Part shown: in pieces, positions 51,525-64,000 of the stretch
Layout of the letters: the number at the start of each line of letters is the position of its first letter
Position numbering within the stretch: the stretch's first letter is position 1
Source: Chara braunii
Lineage: Eukaryota; Plantae; Charophyceae
DNA length: 64,000 nucleotides
Direction of reading: 5' to 3'
NCBI GenBank assembly: GCA_003427395.1
Contig: BFEA01000010.1
Coordinates: 2,621,202 to 2,685,201, forward strand
Notes under the pieces: model-generated
Told to the model about the DNA's origin: nothing
The model's database searches: none
The model's input: only the letters and a program-made list of their open reading frames with translations
Made by a program: the position numbers and the translations under genes

Positions 51525-52387
51525 GAATTCCATGTTTCAGAGGGCCTCAAGTGAATGATTTCCTGGATGAGTATGAATTATTTGGGCTCAGTTATGGCTG
51601 GACAGATAAGCAACGACTCAAGCACCTTCTATCTTACTCTCACTGACTCGAGGTTGATTGTCCAAGAATTGATGGAAGGAGCCACTACATGGGAAGATGT
51701 CAAAGAAAGAATGAGAAAATAATTTGAGAAGGACTCTGTTCCAACTACTACCAAGGATCTCCTCAATATCAGACGAGCTAAGTATGACACTTGCAATGTT
51801 TTTCTCCAGACTTTTATCAGAACAACAAGAAGGATACCATATCTGGATGAAGCCCAGAGATGTCATATATTTCTGACTAATTTTACTGACACTGAAAGGC
51901 AGGCAGTCCTAACTCAACACTATCCTCTCAGATAGGATGAAATGGTTGCAATTGTCAGAGCTCTGCCTATGGTCTCTCATAAAAAGTGGTCATTGGATCA
52001 GATCAGTACGTTGGCCAAAGACTGGGAGACAGAGAATGGTCTATGCAGAGGGAACAATCCAAATGCTGATAATATTATTCAGAGGGTTATGACTAACTAT
52101 ATGCCTGCCAATCATGCTATGAATGAGAAAGGGAAGAAAAAGACAAAGAGTGATGATGATGATGAGAGTGATGATGATGATGATGACTATGGTAAAAGAG
52201 GGGATTCCTCCAGATCCAGGAAGAATAGAAGGAAAGGTGGAAAAAATAACAGAGAAAGAAGAAAATATGATGAACGACCAAGAAAGAGTTTTGTCTGCTA
52301 TTATTGTGGTGAAGGAGGTCACACTACCACTTACTGTAAACCGCTGGAGGAGGATGTGAAGAGTGGGGTGGCGAAGAAGGATGCAAT
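51525..52387 (+). pseudogene. gag: E3 gag, truncated by E4
   Basis: FRGPQVNDFLDEYELFG..W..KQRL capsid-like start and knuckle CYYCGEGGHTTTYC. Confidence 0.8.
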
Positions 52388-52904
52388 GCCGGCTTGCTCC
52401 TGTCTTCTTGGCATGCTGACGTGGCAGCTGCCATGCGCTATCGCTGATGTGGCTACTGCCACGTGTATCATTGGCTGACGTGGCTGTTGCCACGTGTGTT
52501 ATGACTGGGACTACGTAATCGACATTGCTGTTTTGTTTCATCATCACTTCAGGAGGAGATCAGGACTGTGGAGAGTTCGTGATACGTACCTAGTTATCTT
52601 CATGTCGACATTGCTCCAGTGCTGATGTGGGACTGATTAGACGTGCCACGCAGCACATTGAAGCTATTTCAGATACTCGTTCAGACTATTATTATTGAGG
52701 TGGTAGTGAGGAGGAAGCCCGGAGCAGGAGTGGGCATTGTACTTCCTCTCCTTTGTCTCATCTCCCTCCTCTCTCTTCGTCTGTGTATGATTACCTCACC
52801 TCATTCTGTCTGGTATGATTTTGACTATTAGTAATCATCAGTTGATGGACATTTATCTGAGCTTGCATTGTTGACAACTGTCTTCACGTTCTGGGTTCAT
52901 TGCA
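52388..52904 (+). repeat. E4 5' LTR (probably 5'-truncated)
   Basis: Matches 58311-58829. Confidence 0.85.
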
Positions 52905-52907
52905 ATT

Positions 52908-52919
52908 TGGTATCGGAGC
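52908..52919 (+). promoter_or_regulatory. E4 primer-binding site, tRNA-iMet
   Basis: TGGTATCGGAGC vs canonical TGGTATCAGAGC, 3 nt after the LTR end. Confidence 0.88.
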
Positions 52920-54382
52920 TATTCTCCCGACGACGACATTTGTATGTGGGTACGCGCCAGGTGGCGCGCAGGTAAGTAAGGTTGAGTGGGTGATGACGTG
53001 GCAAGGGATACGCTGGGGGTATTGACGTGACACATACCTCTCTCGCGAGAAGACATTATCGGGGTTTGCTGACGAAGTACAGATTTACTGGCGAGAAGAC
53101 CTGACCGGAGCAGTTGACAGGGTAGAGACCCTGTTGGCGAGAAGACATCCCTACCACGCTGATGACGTGGCAGTAGGGATCGCGACAAGGGATACTGCAC
53201 GCCAGCCAGGATCCCGATAGTGACGTGGCATCGCGATCCCATGCTGACGTGGCACATATAGTGTTGCGTCTAAAGACTCTGTTGATTGCTGATGTGGCAG
53301 TTTTTGTACTGCTGACACGCGTCAGGGTCTACTACAGATGTTCACGTGGCTTTGGGGAACAAGACTGACTGCTGATGTGGATGGAAAGAGTCATCACACT
53401 TGTTCTATGACGTGGTGACTACCTACTGACGTGGCAACAGACCCTTTGGCTGACGTGGCATGATCTGACGGGCTGGACGGCGACGACATCTCAACGTGAC
53501 ACGCGGAAGTAGCACGTGGTGAGGATCGGACTACACATTTGCTGACGTGGCATCCCATCATTGACAGACTGGACAGAGTGCTGACGTGGCAACATTTGCT
53601 ATGTTGGCACTCCCGGGATGACACGTGGCAGGCAGGATACTGCCAAGTAAGAGGTGCACTCTAAAGACGACGACAGTATAACTGACTGGACTAATTGCAC
53701 AGCTGTAGTGCCAGCTGTTAGGGAGAGTGAGTGATCGCACTCACATCAAGAAGACACAGCAGACTGACGAAGGTTGCTGACAAACTGTTTTGTGATTGTT
53801 GTTGGCATACTTACCTGTTGTTGTTGTGTGTGGTGTTTGCATACTTACTTGTGTGTTGTATCTGCCTGAAGTGGTACCTGTATACTCTTGTTTATGACGT
53901 CATCACACAAGCAGACAAAGAATAGCAATAGTTAGAAATAAAAATAATTGTATCTAATTCTTTTTCCTTCAGTGATGAGAAATCTTGCTGTTATAGATCA
54001 GTGCGGCCGTGGAATTTATTATTGTTATTAAGTATTTATTGTGCGGCAGACGCACATTACAATGTCTCATTTCTGGAATTGTTTGAAATTGCCGGCTCTC
54101 ACTCGTTTCATTCCTTTCTTTTTTTTCCCAGTCTCCCTCACCTTTGGTATTGATGAGGGGACTCCTGACCCCCGAACCAGACAGCAAGTTGAAGAGCGAA
54201 AAAGAGTCTTGATTAGTCATTTGGATCAACTGGTATTTCCATGACGCTGGTGTTGAAGTAGAGGCACACGTTCGTGCCCACTTGGATTTGAAAGCAATTC
54301 ATGTTGCTATCGAATCAGCTGAGACTGGCACCGACGTCTTTAAAGTTCAGAATGAACTCATCAAGTGTGACTTGCAAAGATC

Positions 54383-55241
54383 TCATAACAGAAGGAAGAG
54401 AAAAAAGTCGATGTGACTGAAGAAACCGTGGATGAGAAAATCAGACAATTGGAAGAAGCACTTGAGAAAGTAAAAAAAAGGAAACAAGAAATGAGAAGAC
54501 GTAAAGAAAAAAATGTACAGCAAGAACAAAAAGTGGAAGAAATTAGACAAACTGTCATTCATACTGAAGGGGAAGAATAGGCAATTTCTTTGGCCCAACT
54601 TGTGACTTACCTTGCTCACATAGAGATGAAAATTGACACAGACTAATGCACGGATTGATGATATGGCCGCGGGATTACAAACAATCACGAACCTGGTCAA
54701 AGGAAAACAACATGTGACGGAGGAAAGCGAAAACGGAAAGGAAAAGAAGTCGAAGAAATTGTTGGGAGACGTAATGAAGTCTCTCAAGGTAGAAATAGAG
54801 AAGACAGAAAAAAAACCAAAAACAAAGAAACGGGAGTCTTCGAGTCCGCTGTCTTCTCCACCAAGCTCCCCTCCTTCCTCTCCACCTCCGAAGTCTTCGA
54901 AGCTGCGAGTCAAGCTAAGTGCGGAACCGGAGAAACCAAAAAGGAAAGAAAAGATAAAGATGAAATTGCCATTCACGTTTTGCAACAAGAAAGACGAAAA
55001 CTTGCTGCTCTGGATCGCGAAAATCCAAACGTATTGCAGTACGGCCCCTGTCGAACCCGAGTCCCAGGTTGCTTTCTCTACCTCTTGTCTAGGGGGGGAA
55101 GCGAAGGAATGGGTATTGGCCGAAGCCAACACTGCGGGGTTTGATGACATTGGTGAATGGGCCTCAACACTGAACTTGAAGCAGTTCCTTGACAAAGTAA
55201 AGGAACGCTTCCTTCACAAGACAATCAACAGGAATAACTGA
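54383..55241 (+). pseudogene. gag: E4 gag fragment
   Basis: Coiled-coil N-part, then ENLLLWIAKIQTY..LGGEAKEW..FLDKVKERF. Joins directly to pre-RT sequence at ~55227. Confidence 0.75.
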
Positions 55242-55244
55242 ATG

Positions 55245-58010
55245 TGCTATCAAACACACAATTGAAATTATTCCTGGCAGTAAGATTCCCAAGGGCCCTA
55301 TCTATCGAATGCCTCCTAGAGAACTTGAGGAATTAAGAAAACAATTGCAGGACTTAACAGAAAACGGATGGATTCGCCCAAGTTCCTCTCCTTATGGTGC
55401 CCCTGTCTTATTTGTGCCCAAAAAGGAAGGTGAGTTACATCTCTGTATTGATTATAGAGGGTTGAATGTCGTCACTGTTAAGAATGCCGAACCTCTTTCA
55501 CGAATTGACGACTTACTTGACCAGTTACAGGAATGCAGGTACTTTAGCAAGATCGACTTGAAATCTGTGTACCACCAGATCGAGGTGGAACCCTCCGATC
55601 AGCATAAGACCGCTTTCCGAACCAGGTATGACCAATACGAGTTCATGGTAATGCCCTTCGGATTAACGAATGCCCCTGCTACTTTTCAAAGGTCAATGAA
55701 TGACTTGTTTCGTAAATGGTTGGATAAGTTTGTTATTGTCTATCTCGATGATATTATAGTGTATAGTAAAACACTAGATGATCATGAGAAGCACCTTCGT
55801 CTGGTGCTAGGGAAGTTGCGTGAGGGCAACTTCAAGATCAATCCTAAGAAGTCCGAGTTTCGTAAGTCCGAAGTGTTATACTTAGGACACATAGTAAACG
55901 AAGAAGGTCTAAGGCCGGAAGAGAAAAAAATTTCAGCAATTAGAGATTGACCACAATGTAAGTCTATAACTGAATTGCGATCTTTCCTTGGTTTAGCTAG
56001 TTACTACAGGAACTTTGTTAGGAACTTCTCACTGATTGCTGCACCAATGCGAAGATTGTTAAAGAAAGAAACTATTTGGTTGTGGGATAAGGATTGTGAG
56101 TCTTCCTTTCGGAAATTGAAGTATGCCCTGACTCACCACCCCGTCCTTAAGATTGTTGACCCGTCTTTGCCTTTCATTGTCACTACTGACGCAATTCAGT
56201 ATGGGATTGGAGTTGTTCTCCAGCAGGATGACGGCAAGGGCAACAGGCCCATAGAGTTTATGTCTGCATGACTGTCGTCGGAAAAGGTTGCCAACTCCAC
56301 CTATGAAAGGGAGTTGTATGCCTTAGTCTATGCACTAAACACATGGAAGCACTACTTATTAGGGAGACACTTTACTGTGTATTCAGACCACTCTACTCTG
56401 AAGTGGATAAAGACATAGCCTAGGTTCTCTGATAAGCTGGTACGATGGTCTGCGTTTATTGATACCTTCGATTTTGAGTTGAAAATGATCAAAGGTAAGA
56501 GTAATGTGGTCGCAGACGCATTGTCCAGACGGAGTGATTTCTTTGGTGCAATTGTCTCCTACTTGGATGTTGGGAATGACATGAAAGACCAGATTCGCCA
56601 AGGATATGCTACTGATCCTATCTGGAAACCAATCATGGATATCCTTGTACGAGATCCATCCCAACTACCCAACTATAGATTGACTGATGGATTGTTGTTC
56701 TTGATGGACCAAACCGAACAAAGATTGTGTATTCTTCATAAGGAAGAGATTAAGAGTGTATTGATTGGTAAATGTCACGATTCTGAGGGTCATTTTGGTT
56801 TCAAGAAAACATATGCTGAAGTCAGAGAACGTTTCGAATGGAAGGGACTTAAAGAGGATGTACTAACATATGTTCGTACATGTCTAGTGTGTCAGAGAAA
56901 CAAGTCGTCGCATGAGAACCCCCTTGGACTTCTCAAGCCATTACCTATACCAAGCGAACCAGGTGAGTCTATCTCAATTGACTTTAAAAGTCGCAATGGT
57001 AATAGTCAAGTGAGGGTAATTATGGATCGTTTCTCTAAATATGCTATGTTTGTTCCCTTACCAGCAGAAGCGCGGACTAAACTTGTCATTCAAAAATTTC
57101 AGATGCGATGGGTCACTGAGTATGGGTTCCCTAAAACCATTGTGTCTGATCAAGATGTCAGGTTCACCAATCTGCCATGACAAAAGCTGATGGAAGCTTA
57201 TGGCACACGGCTGACCATGTCGTCAGGGAGGCATCCCGAAACGAATGGTCAGACTGAACAGATGAACCGTCTGTGCCAACAGCTTTTGCGTATGTATATT
57301 AGACCCGATCAGATTGATTGGGGTGAGAACTTACCCAAAATTGCAAGTGCATATAATAATAGTGTTCATACTTCCACTGAACGAACCCCGAATGCACTTC
57401 ACAAAGGGTGGAAGCCTAAACGTCCCATTGACATACTAAACCGGGACCAGAGTCTAAGGTTGCCCCAGGGACCTGAGAATATGCAATCTTGTTTCAGGAG
57501 GACATTCAGAAAGTTAAAGATAATCTAAGGAAAGCTCAACTATGGATGATTGAACAAGCCAACAGGCACCGTCAACCGTCTACCTTCAAAGAGGGTGATT
57601 TGGTTTGGGTAAAATCTAAAACGTTTTCACTAGAAGAAAATGTCTCCCAGAAATTGCTACTTGTCTATTTTGGAACCTGGGAAGTTCTCAAGGTAATTGG
57701 CGATGTAGAGGGACCGTCTTATCGAGTTGATATCCCCCCTTATCTCAAAACATATCCTGTCTTTCATGCGTCCAAATTGTTGCCTTACGTAGAAGGAAAT
57801 GAGTTTCCATACAGACCCTCTATGATTCCACCAGACATGGATGACGGATACGAGGTTGACAGGATCATAGAGCATGGGTACTTCTTTACGGGAGGACGTG
57901 GACGACCTCAGAAGCAGTTCAAAGTACGTTTTAAAACTCAAGCACCATCTGAGGACAAGTGGTTTAGTAAACGAGAACTACTTGAAACTGCTCCTGATAT
58001 TATTGCTTCT
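55245..58010 (+). pseudogene. pol: E4 pol: RT, RH, IN and chromodomain (protease missing; stops)
   Basis: SPYGAPVLFV, CIDYRGLN, MPFGLTNAPATFQ, YLDD; RNase H VTTDA..GIG; IN CHD..GHFG..CLVC and HPETNGQTE; chromodomain YEVDRIIEH..FKVRFK..DKW. Confidence 0.95.
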
Positions 58011-58310
58011 ACACTCACTTGTTGTGCGAAGGTACCCAGACAGCATCCAGGGCGGAGGGAATTTGGTTTCAGGCCAATCTAGGCCATCATTTGCATTAAG
58101 ATCTGGACGGCTGAGGGATACAGCATCCAGGGTCCAGCCCCCGCGTCAACACTACATAAGAGCTGACTCCCTCGCTTTGACATTCATTCTGTCTTGCGTT
58201 GATGCTGACTTCACGCGTTGACTTCAACGCTGACTCAACGATGTAACGCTGGCTCGACGTTGCGACGCTGGCATTGTGACTTGGCAAGGCGCTGCTAGTC
58301 CGGCATGGTG

Positions 58311-58829
58311 GCCGACTTGCTCCTGTCTTCTTGGCATGCTGACGTGGCCGCTGCCATTCGCTATCGCTGATGTGGCTGCTGCCACATGTATCATTGGGTA
58401 ACGTGGCTGCTGCCATGTGTGTTATGACTGGGACTACGTAATCGACATTGCTGTTCTGTTTCATCGTCACTTCAGGAGGAGATCAGGACTGTGGAGAGTT
58501 CGTGATACGTACTTGGTTGTCTTCATGTCGACATTGCTCCACTGCTGATGTGGGACTGATTAGACGTGCCACGTGGCACATTGACGCTATTTCAGATACT
58601 CGTTCAGACTATTGATTATTGAGGTGGTAGTGAGGAGGGAGGCTGAAGCAGGAGTAGACATTGTACTTCCTCTCCTTTGTCTCATCTCCCTCCTCTCTCT
58701 TCGTCTGTGTATGATTACCTCACCTCATTCTGTCTGGTACGATTTTAGACTATTAGTAATCATCAGCTGATGGACATTTATCCGGGCTTGCATTGCGGAC
58801 AACTGTCTTTATGTTCTGGGTTCATTGCA
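58311..58829 (+). repeat. E4 3' LTR (true start may lie upstream)
   Basis: Matches 52388-52904. Confidence 0.85.
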
Positions 58830-59331
58830 CTCTCATCTAATTAATTCCAAAAAAAATTATGTTTCGGATTTTTCAAAACAAGCGGACAATTTTCGCAGTT
58901 TTGTTGTTAATTATTCATTATTATCATTATCATTATTCATTTGCAGTCTGGAAATTCGATTTTTTATTATTATTAATGATTTCGAATTTGAGAGGGATTG
59001 GGAGACCTACTGAACTTGCAAAGTCGGGTTTCTATTCCTCGAAAATGTTTTTGCAAAGTTCAATCTTTTCTTTTTTTTGATTAGTGGCTCATTATCTGGG
59101 CAATCAACCCCACCCCCCACCTATGTTGTTGCACCCTCCTTTCTTCCCTTCTCATCTGTCTCCGGGTACCCCCTATTGTGGCATCGGTGAGTTGCCACAT
59201 CAGCAGGCCACGTCAGCAGACCATGTCAGCAGTGACACGTCGGCCGACAGCAGTGCTACGTCAGCAACAGGGAGTGCCACGTCAGTAGGTCCCCGGTCTG
59301 GTCTATACTCACGCACTGTCAAACAGCCGTC

Positions 59332-61548
59332 ATGGACCAGAAGCCAAGAGAAACGGCCGAGACCTATCAGGCCCGGATGCTGGTTTTGATTACTGAAGCC
59401 AAGCAACGCCATATGCGGTAGCAGCCGCAAAGAAGAAGAAGGTTGAGAATGCCGAGAAGGCACGTCTGCTGGCGGTAGAACAACAGCGCCAGCGCAATGA
59501 GGCAGCAACAAAGGCTGCCGATGAAGAGCACAGTCAACGACGTGAGAAGCTATTCAGCGATGAGAGAGATCTACTTACTATGGCAGCGGAATGGCAGGCG
59601 GAGGCCGAAAGTGGCGAACTCAGCGACAACGGACCATGAATCTCGCTGTTGCTCTCCCACCTCATGGACCTCCTGGCAAAGTGAATTGCGCAACAGGAGG
59701 ACATCCATAGCCTCGACGGCCAGGTCAAGCAAGTCAACAGCCGTCTACAACAGCTGAAGCAACGACCCGACGAGCCGTCGCCACCCACGTCGCCAGCTCC
59801 TCCAATACTGTAGATCGCCTCGACGCCTTCGAGATCAACGTCGAAACACTCACGGACGGCGCACAAGCACAGCAAGTGGTTACTCCACAACTTGAGTAGT
59901 GGATCTGCGTTGCCGCCGTTGGCCCAAACACGTCAACACGCGAGACAATTCTGAAGTTCGATGGGCAAGAGATCTTCTGCGACTCCACGAAGACAGACCC
60001 AATTCCATGGTTTCGCCTATTCGAGCTGAAGTTAGAGCTTCACCACACAAACGAAGCCAAGAAGCACGCGTATTTGTACTCCCGATCTGGGGGTGCGTGC
60101 CAAGCATGGTTGGGCAATCTGCTGTCCACCTACGAAGTGGTGGTCTCCGACTTGCCCACCAAAATCAGCAAGGCTGATCTGAAGGCCGCGTGGCATAAGC
60201 GGTTTCAAATTGAGCCGTTGAAAGTAATGGACAAGTTGATCAAGTTCCACCAAAACACGCTGCTAAGTGAAGATTGGATTGTCGAGTTCCAAAGCTGGGC
60301 GGCGACGCCCAGCGTACCAATGGGCTTTCATGCCGTCAAACACTACTTCATCTCGAGGTCGTGTCCGACATTGTCCACCGGGTTGACTCAAGTCGCAGAC
60401 ACTCTCACTGCAACTGCAGAGCTCTTATACAAGGCCCCGCAGATCATCGTCACAAACATGGAGGCCAAGAACCTCAACCGTTCGCTTGCGGCAGGCCCGA
60501 TCAAAGAACAACATCGGCCGAAAGTGACCGTGGTCGTGGCGGCAACGCCGATTGACCCTTCAAGCGAAGCTGCATCTGCCAATGAGGGGGACAGACTCGC
60601 AGCCGCCCGGGATGGTGACCGCCCCGGCAAAGGCTGAGGATGCGGCAAATCGAAGACAAACACCACGTCAAAACCTGGCCCAGACGCAGCAGCTGAAGAA
60701 CCATGGAACCATTATGGTCTCTCAGAACACGTATACAAGCTACGCACGAGATTCCGTTGTTGTTTGTGGTGCAACAACGATCTCCACGAAAGAGTGGGTT
60801 GTCCTTTGAAAGGCAACGACAAATCGGAAAAATGAGCACCGCCGAGAGTGAGTCGACGACACTTTCGACGCCTTCGGAACCGGTTGCTACGCATGCGACT
60901 GCCCTTCGTTCCGAGGCACGTGTGGAAGTCGATAGTCCTCCCATCTTATATTCGTATGAGGACTATGTTGCCCGACTCATTCCTACGTTGGGCACTCATG
61001 CTCAAGGACAAGATGTGTGTGCGGTATCTTCTCTGTCCGGCAACGGCGACTTATCGTCTTCAAGTGGTTCTTCATGGGACTCGGCGCACGAGTTCAACAT
61101 AGGTGTATTGGACCCGCTCACATCCGAGGATTGCACATGGCTTCCTCTCCTCACCACTGGCCGCTTGCCAGGAACGCAATGCGTATCATTATGTGCTCAT
61201 CTTCATACATACTTATCCTTCTATGCACCACCAACTTCGCTGACGGATGACGAAGTTGAGGTGGGGGACATCCTTGCGTATGTTTCCAAGGTGGCCAACG
61301 AGTTTCGCAAACAGGGGTATGATGACAATAACGCCTTTATACAAGCAGGGGTACGATGATAATAACGCCTTTGGGCAAGCGTCCTGCAACGCTTTGCTGG
61401 ATAGCGGCACGACTCACAATTTCATGAGTCATGCCTTTATGAAAAGGGTTGGCCTTGGCGCACAAGCTCGGAGGAAGGCAAACCCAATGGCGATCAAGTT
61501 GGCGGACGGAAAGATGCAGCAACTTCTCGACCGCTACATCGAGGCCGT
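59332..61548 (+). pseudogene. gag: E5: Ty3/Gypsy gag-protease fragment
   Basis: Coiled-coil N-terminus, capsid-like PWFRLFELKL..AWHKRFQ, knuckle CLWCNNDLHERVGC, and protease ALLDSGTTHNFM, cut off at ~61548. Confidence 0.8.
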
Positions 61549-62698
61549 TGTAGGGCCAAGCCCCAGTAGACTTTCGAGCCTTAGTCGACCCCAATGCGGG
61601 TCCCAGTTGGCTCGGCCCGCTCACGCTCATGCTCAGGGCGCGGACCATTCGTCCCGAGGTCACCCCCACCTAGTGCTTTGAGACGGACGGGGGTGGGCCA
61701 TCGCGTGACAGAGCTTTGACATTGGGGATGTAGCTCAGCCCTCACGCCGGGTGGTAGTCTCGCTGGTCATTCCGTAGCGCTGATTTTTTTTATTCTTTGT
61801 TGTGTTCTCAAGCAATTGCTCCTTCCAATACGCAGGCAGTCCAGGGGTTGTTTGAGAGTTTTCTTCTTTTGTGCGCAGGCTAAGCGTCATCCTTAGACCA
61901 CGCACCATTTCCCTAAACCTTGTGTTCCCACAGCGTCATCGGGGCGCGGCGAAGCCGTCCTCCCCCTCGCCTTTATGCACCCCTCGGGTCTCATAATTCA
62001 CACTCAACTTATTGAAGCAGGCCCCTTAGTCTTTTCGGGGCCTTTACATGCATGCACACATAACTTCACATTCCCCTTGACAAGATCGTACTTCATTTCC
62101 TCATTTACACTCCACTTCTCAAACGCAAAGACCATTTCCATGGGTTGGCTTTATGCTAAGGCCCCGTAGCCCTTTGCCCCTCTTCTCTTTTCATTTTGAT
62201 GCCCGGTTCCTCTCGGCCCTATCCCGCTCAAGGCATCCTTAGCCTTCACTTACCTGCACAATCCCACACAAAGCAAAGATCCATGCAATCCCCCGTTGGG
62301 GGTCAACACATAGCCCTTCCCACATGGCTATCCTTTTCATACTCTTTGACTGTTCTTTCTTTTCTTTCCTTGCTCAATCAACCCATCCTCTTCTCATAGT
62401 CATGCAGTCGGGGAAATCGTGGAGTCACACTGACCTTGTCTCAAGCTTTTACTCTTTCAACTTTTTCAAAAAATCTCACATTTCCAAGTTTCTACAAAGG
62501 TCCCGTTCCTTTCCTTCTTTGTGGCACAAGGGACCGGCAGCCCTCCCCTTGCCCCCTTTCTCCACCAAGTGAGGGCCGAGTTCGTTTACCGTTCGTTCCC
62601 TGGCAATGTAACAAGTGAGGGGAAAGGTTAGTCACATGCCAAGAAGGGAGGAGAAGAGGGAGAAAGGAGTGAAGGTCAAGGGTCTAGGGAGAGAAGGA

Positions 62699-62699
<1 letters not shown>

Positions 62700-62793
<94 letters not shown>

Positions 62794-63025
62794 NNNNNNN
62801 NNNNNNNNNNNNNNNNNNNNNNNNNNNNNNNNNNNNNNNNNNNNNNNNNNNNNNNNNNNNNNNNNNNNNNNNNNNNNNNNNNNNNNNNNNNNNNNNNNNN
62901 NNNNNNNNNNNNNNNNNNNNNNNNNNNNNNNNNNNNNNNNNNNNNNNNNNNNNNNNNNNNNNNNNNNNNNNNNNNNNNNNNNNNNNNNNNNNNNNNNNNN
63001 NNNNNNNNNNNNNNNNNNNNNNNNN

Positions 63026-63072
<47 letters not shown>
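62700..63072. repeat. (GA)n microsatellite with gap
   Basis: Direct observation. Confidence 0.95.
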
Positions 63073-63074
<2 letters not shown>

Positions 63075-63179
63075 AAAGTTTCCTATCCTAATCAACCTTA
63101 CTACTTCACCCATCCTACCGGCCTACCTAAGGTCCCTCGTGCCCCTTGGAACCCTCCTTTGCCCACGACCCTTGGGTGG

Positions 63180-64000
63180 TGGAAGGAGATGGTGGAGAAG
63201 GATGGTGCAAGATGGTTGGCTATGGTGGATGGGTGTAGGAGATGGTAGAGGAGGAGGGTGCAAGGTGGTTAACTATGGTGGACGAGTGTAGTGGATTATG
63301 GAGGAAGAAGGCCCAAGGTGGTTGGCTATGGTGGATGGGTGAAGGAGATGGTGGAGGAAGAAGGTGCAAGGTGATCGGCTATGGTGGATGGGTGAAGGAG
63401 GTGGTGGAGGAAGAAGGTGGAAGGTGTTTTGGGTTGTCCTTTGGACATCCCGACAAGGCGGAAAGCTATGGTGAATGGGTGAGGGAAATGAAAGAGGAAG
63501 AAGGTGGATGATGGTTGGCTATGGTGGATGGGTGAAGGAGATGGTGGAGGAAGAAGGTGGATGATGGTTGGCTATGGTGGATGGGTGAGGGAGATGGTAG
63601 AGGAAGAAGGTGCAAGGCGACCGGCTATGGTGGATCGGTGAAGGAGATGGTGAAAGAAGAAGGTGCAAGGTGACCGGCTATGGTGGATGGTTGAAGGAGA
63701 TGGTGAAGGAAGAAGGTGGATGATGGTTGGCTATGGTGGATGGGTGAAGGAGNNNNNNNNNNNNNNNNNNNNNNNNNNNNNNNNNNNNNNNNNNNNNNNN
63801 NNNNNNNNNNNNNNNNNNNNNNNGATGGGTGAAGGAGATGGTGAAGGAAGAAGGTAGATGATGGTTGGCTATGGTGGATGGGTGAAGGAGATGGTGGAGG
63901 AAGAAGGTGCAAGGTGACCGACTATGGTGGATGGGTGCAGGGGATGGTAGAGGAAGAAGGTGCAAGGTGACCGGATATGATGGATGGGTGAAGGAGATGG
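63180..64000. repeat. 53-bp G/A-rich tandem repeat
   Basis: Unit GGCTATGGTGGATGGGTGAAGGAGATGGTGGAGGAAGAAGGTG.. recurs every 53 bp to the window end. Confidence 0.92.

Larger units (their letters stand above)
52388..58829 (+). mobile_element. E4: chromovirus-type Ty3/Gypsy element, internally deleted
   Basis: Repeats 52388-52904 and 58311-58829 end TTCATTGCA. Met PBS, gag, RT, RH, IN and chromodomain. No TSD found. Confidence 0.9.

Noticed and set aside
54383-55195. 270-aa minus-strand ORF (and similar ones at 16615, 22548, 23753)
   Set aside because: Antisense shadows of purine-rich gag/pol reading frames.
62615-63965. RE-repeat and W/G-rich ORFs
   Set aside because: Translations of (GA)n, the 53-bp repeat and N gaps.

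Overview
Eukaryotic, TE-saturated DNA with no recognisable host gene. The Ty3/Gypsy protein style, plant-type U6 and tRNA-Asp/Met primer sites and (AAT)n tracts suggest a charophyte alga such as Chara; this is an inference. The window is a nest of LTR retrotransposons. (1) E2 is a giant minus-strand Ty3/Gypsy element. Its 5' LTR spans 28848-41626 (about 12.8 kb including a 1.1-kb hAT insertion). It has a tRNA-Asp PBS, four accessory ORFs before gag, gag-PR joined to RT-RH-IN at a UUUUUUA -1 slippery site, and a second gag-like/coiled-coil/CCHC ORF after integrase. Its 3' LTR runs from 14430 off the left edge. Every ORF start has a candidate splice acceptor 15-25 nt upstream. (2) An ~8-kb solo LTR of a related family (452-8535) is inserted in the E2 3' LTR. 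It carries an ordered cassette of a 28S/25S rRNA fragment, a tandem tRNA-like A/B-box array and a U6 snRNA copy. (3) E3 is a plus-strand relative with a ~6.3-kb LTR, an Asp PBS, two families of paralogous unknown ORFs and gag. It is truncated by (4) E4, a chromovirus-like element (Met PBS, RT, RH, IN, chromodomain, G-box-rich LTR and leader). (5) E5 is a gag-PR fragment, followed by simple and tandem repeats. All elements carry stops or frameshifts. Alignments were done by eye and coordinates are approximate where stated.
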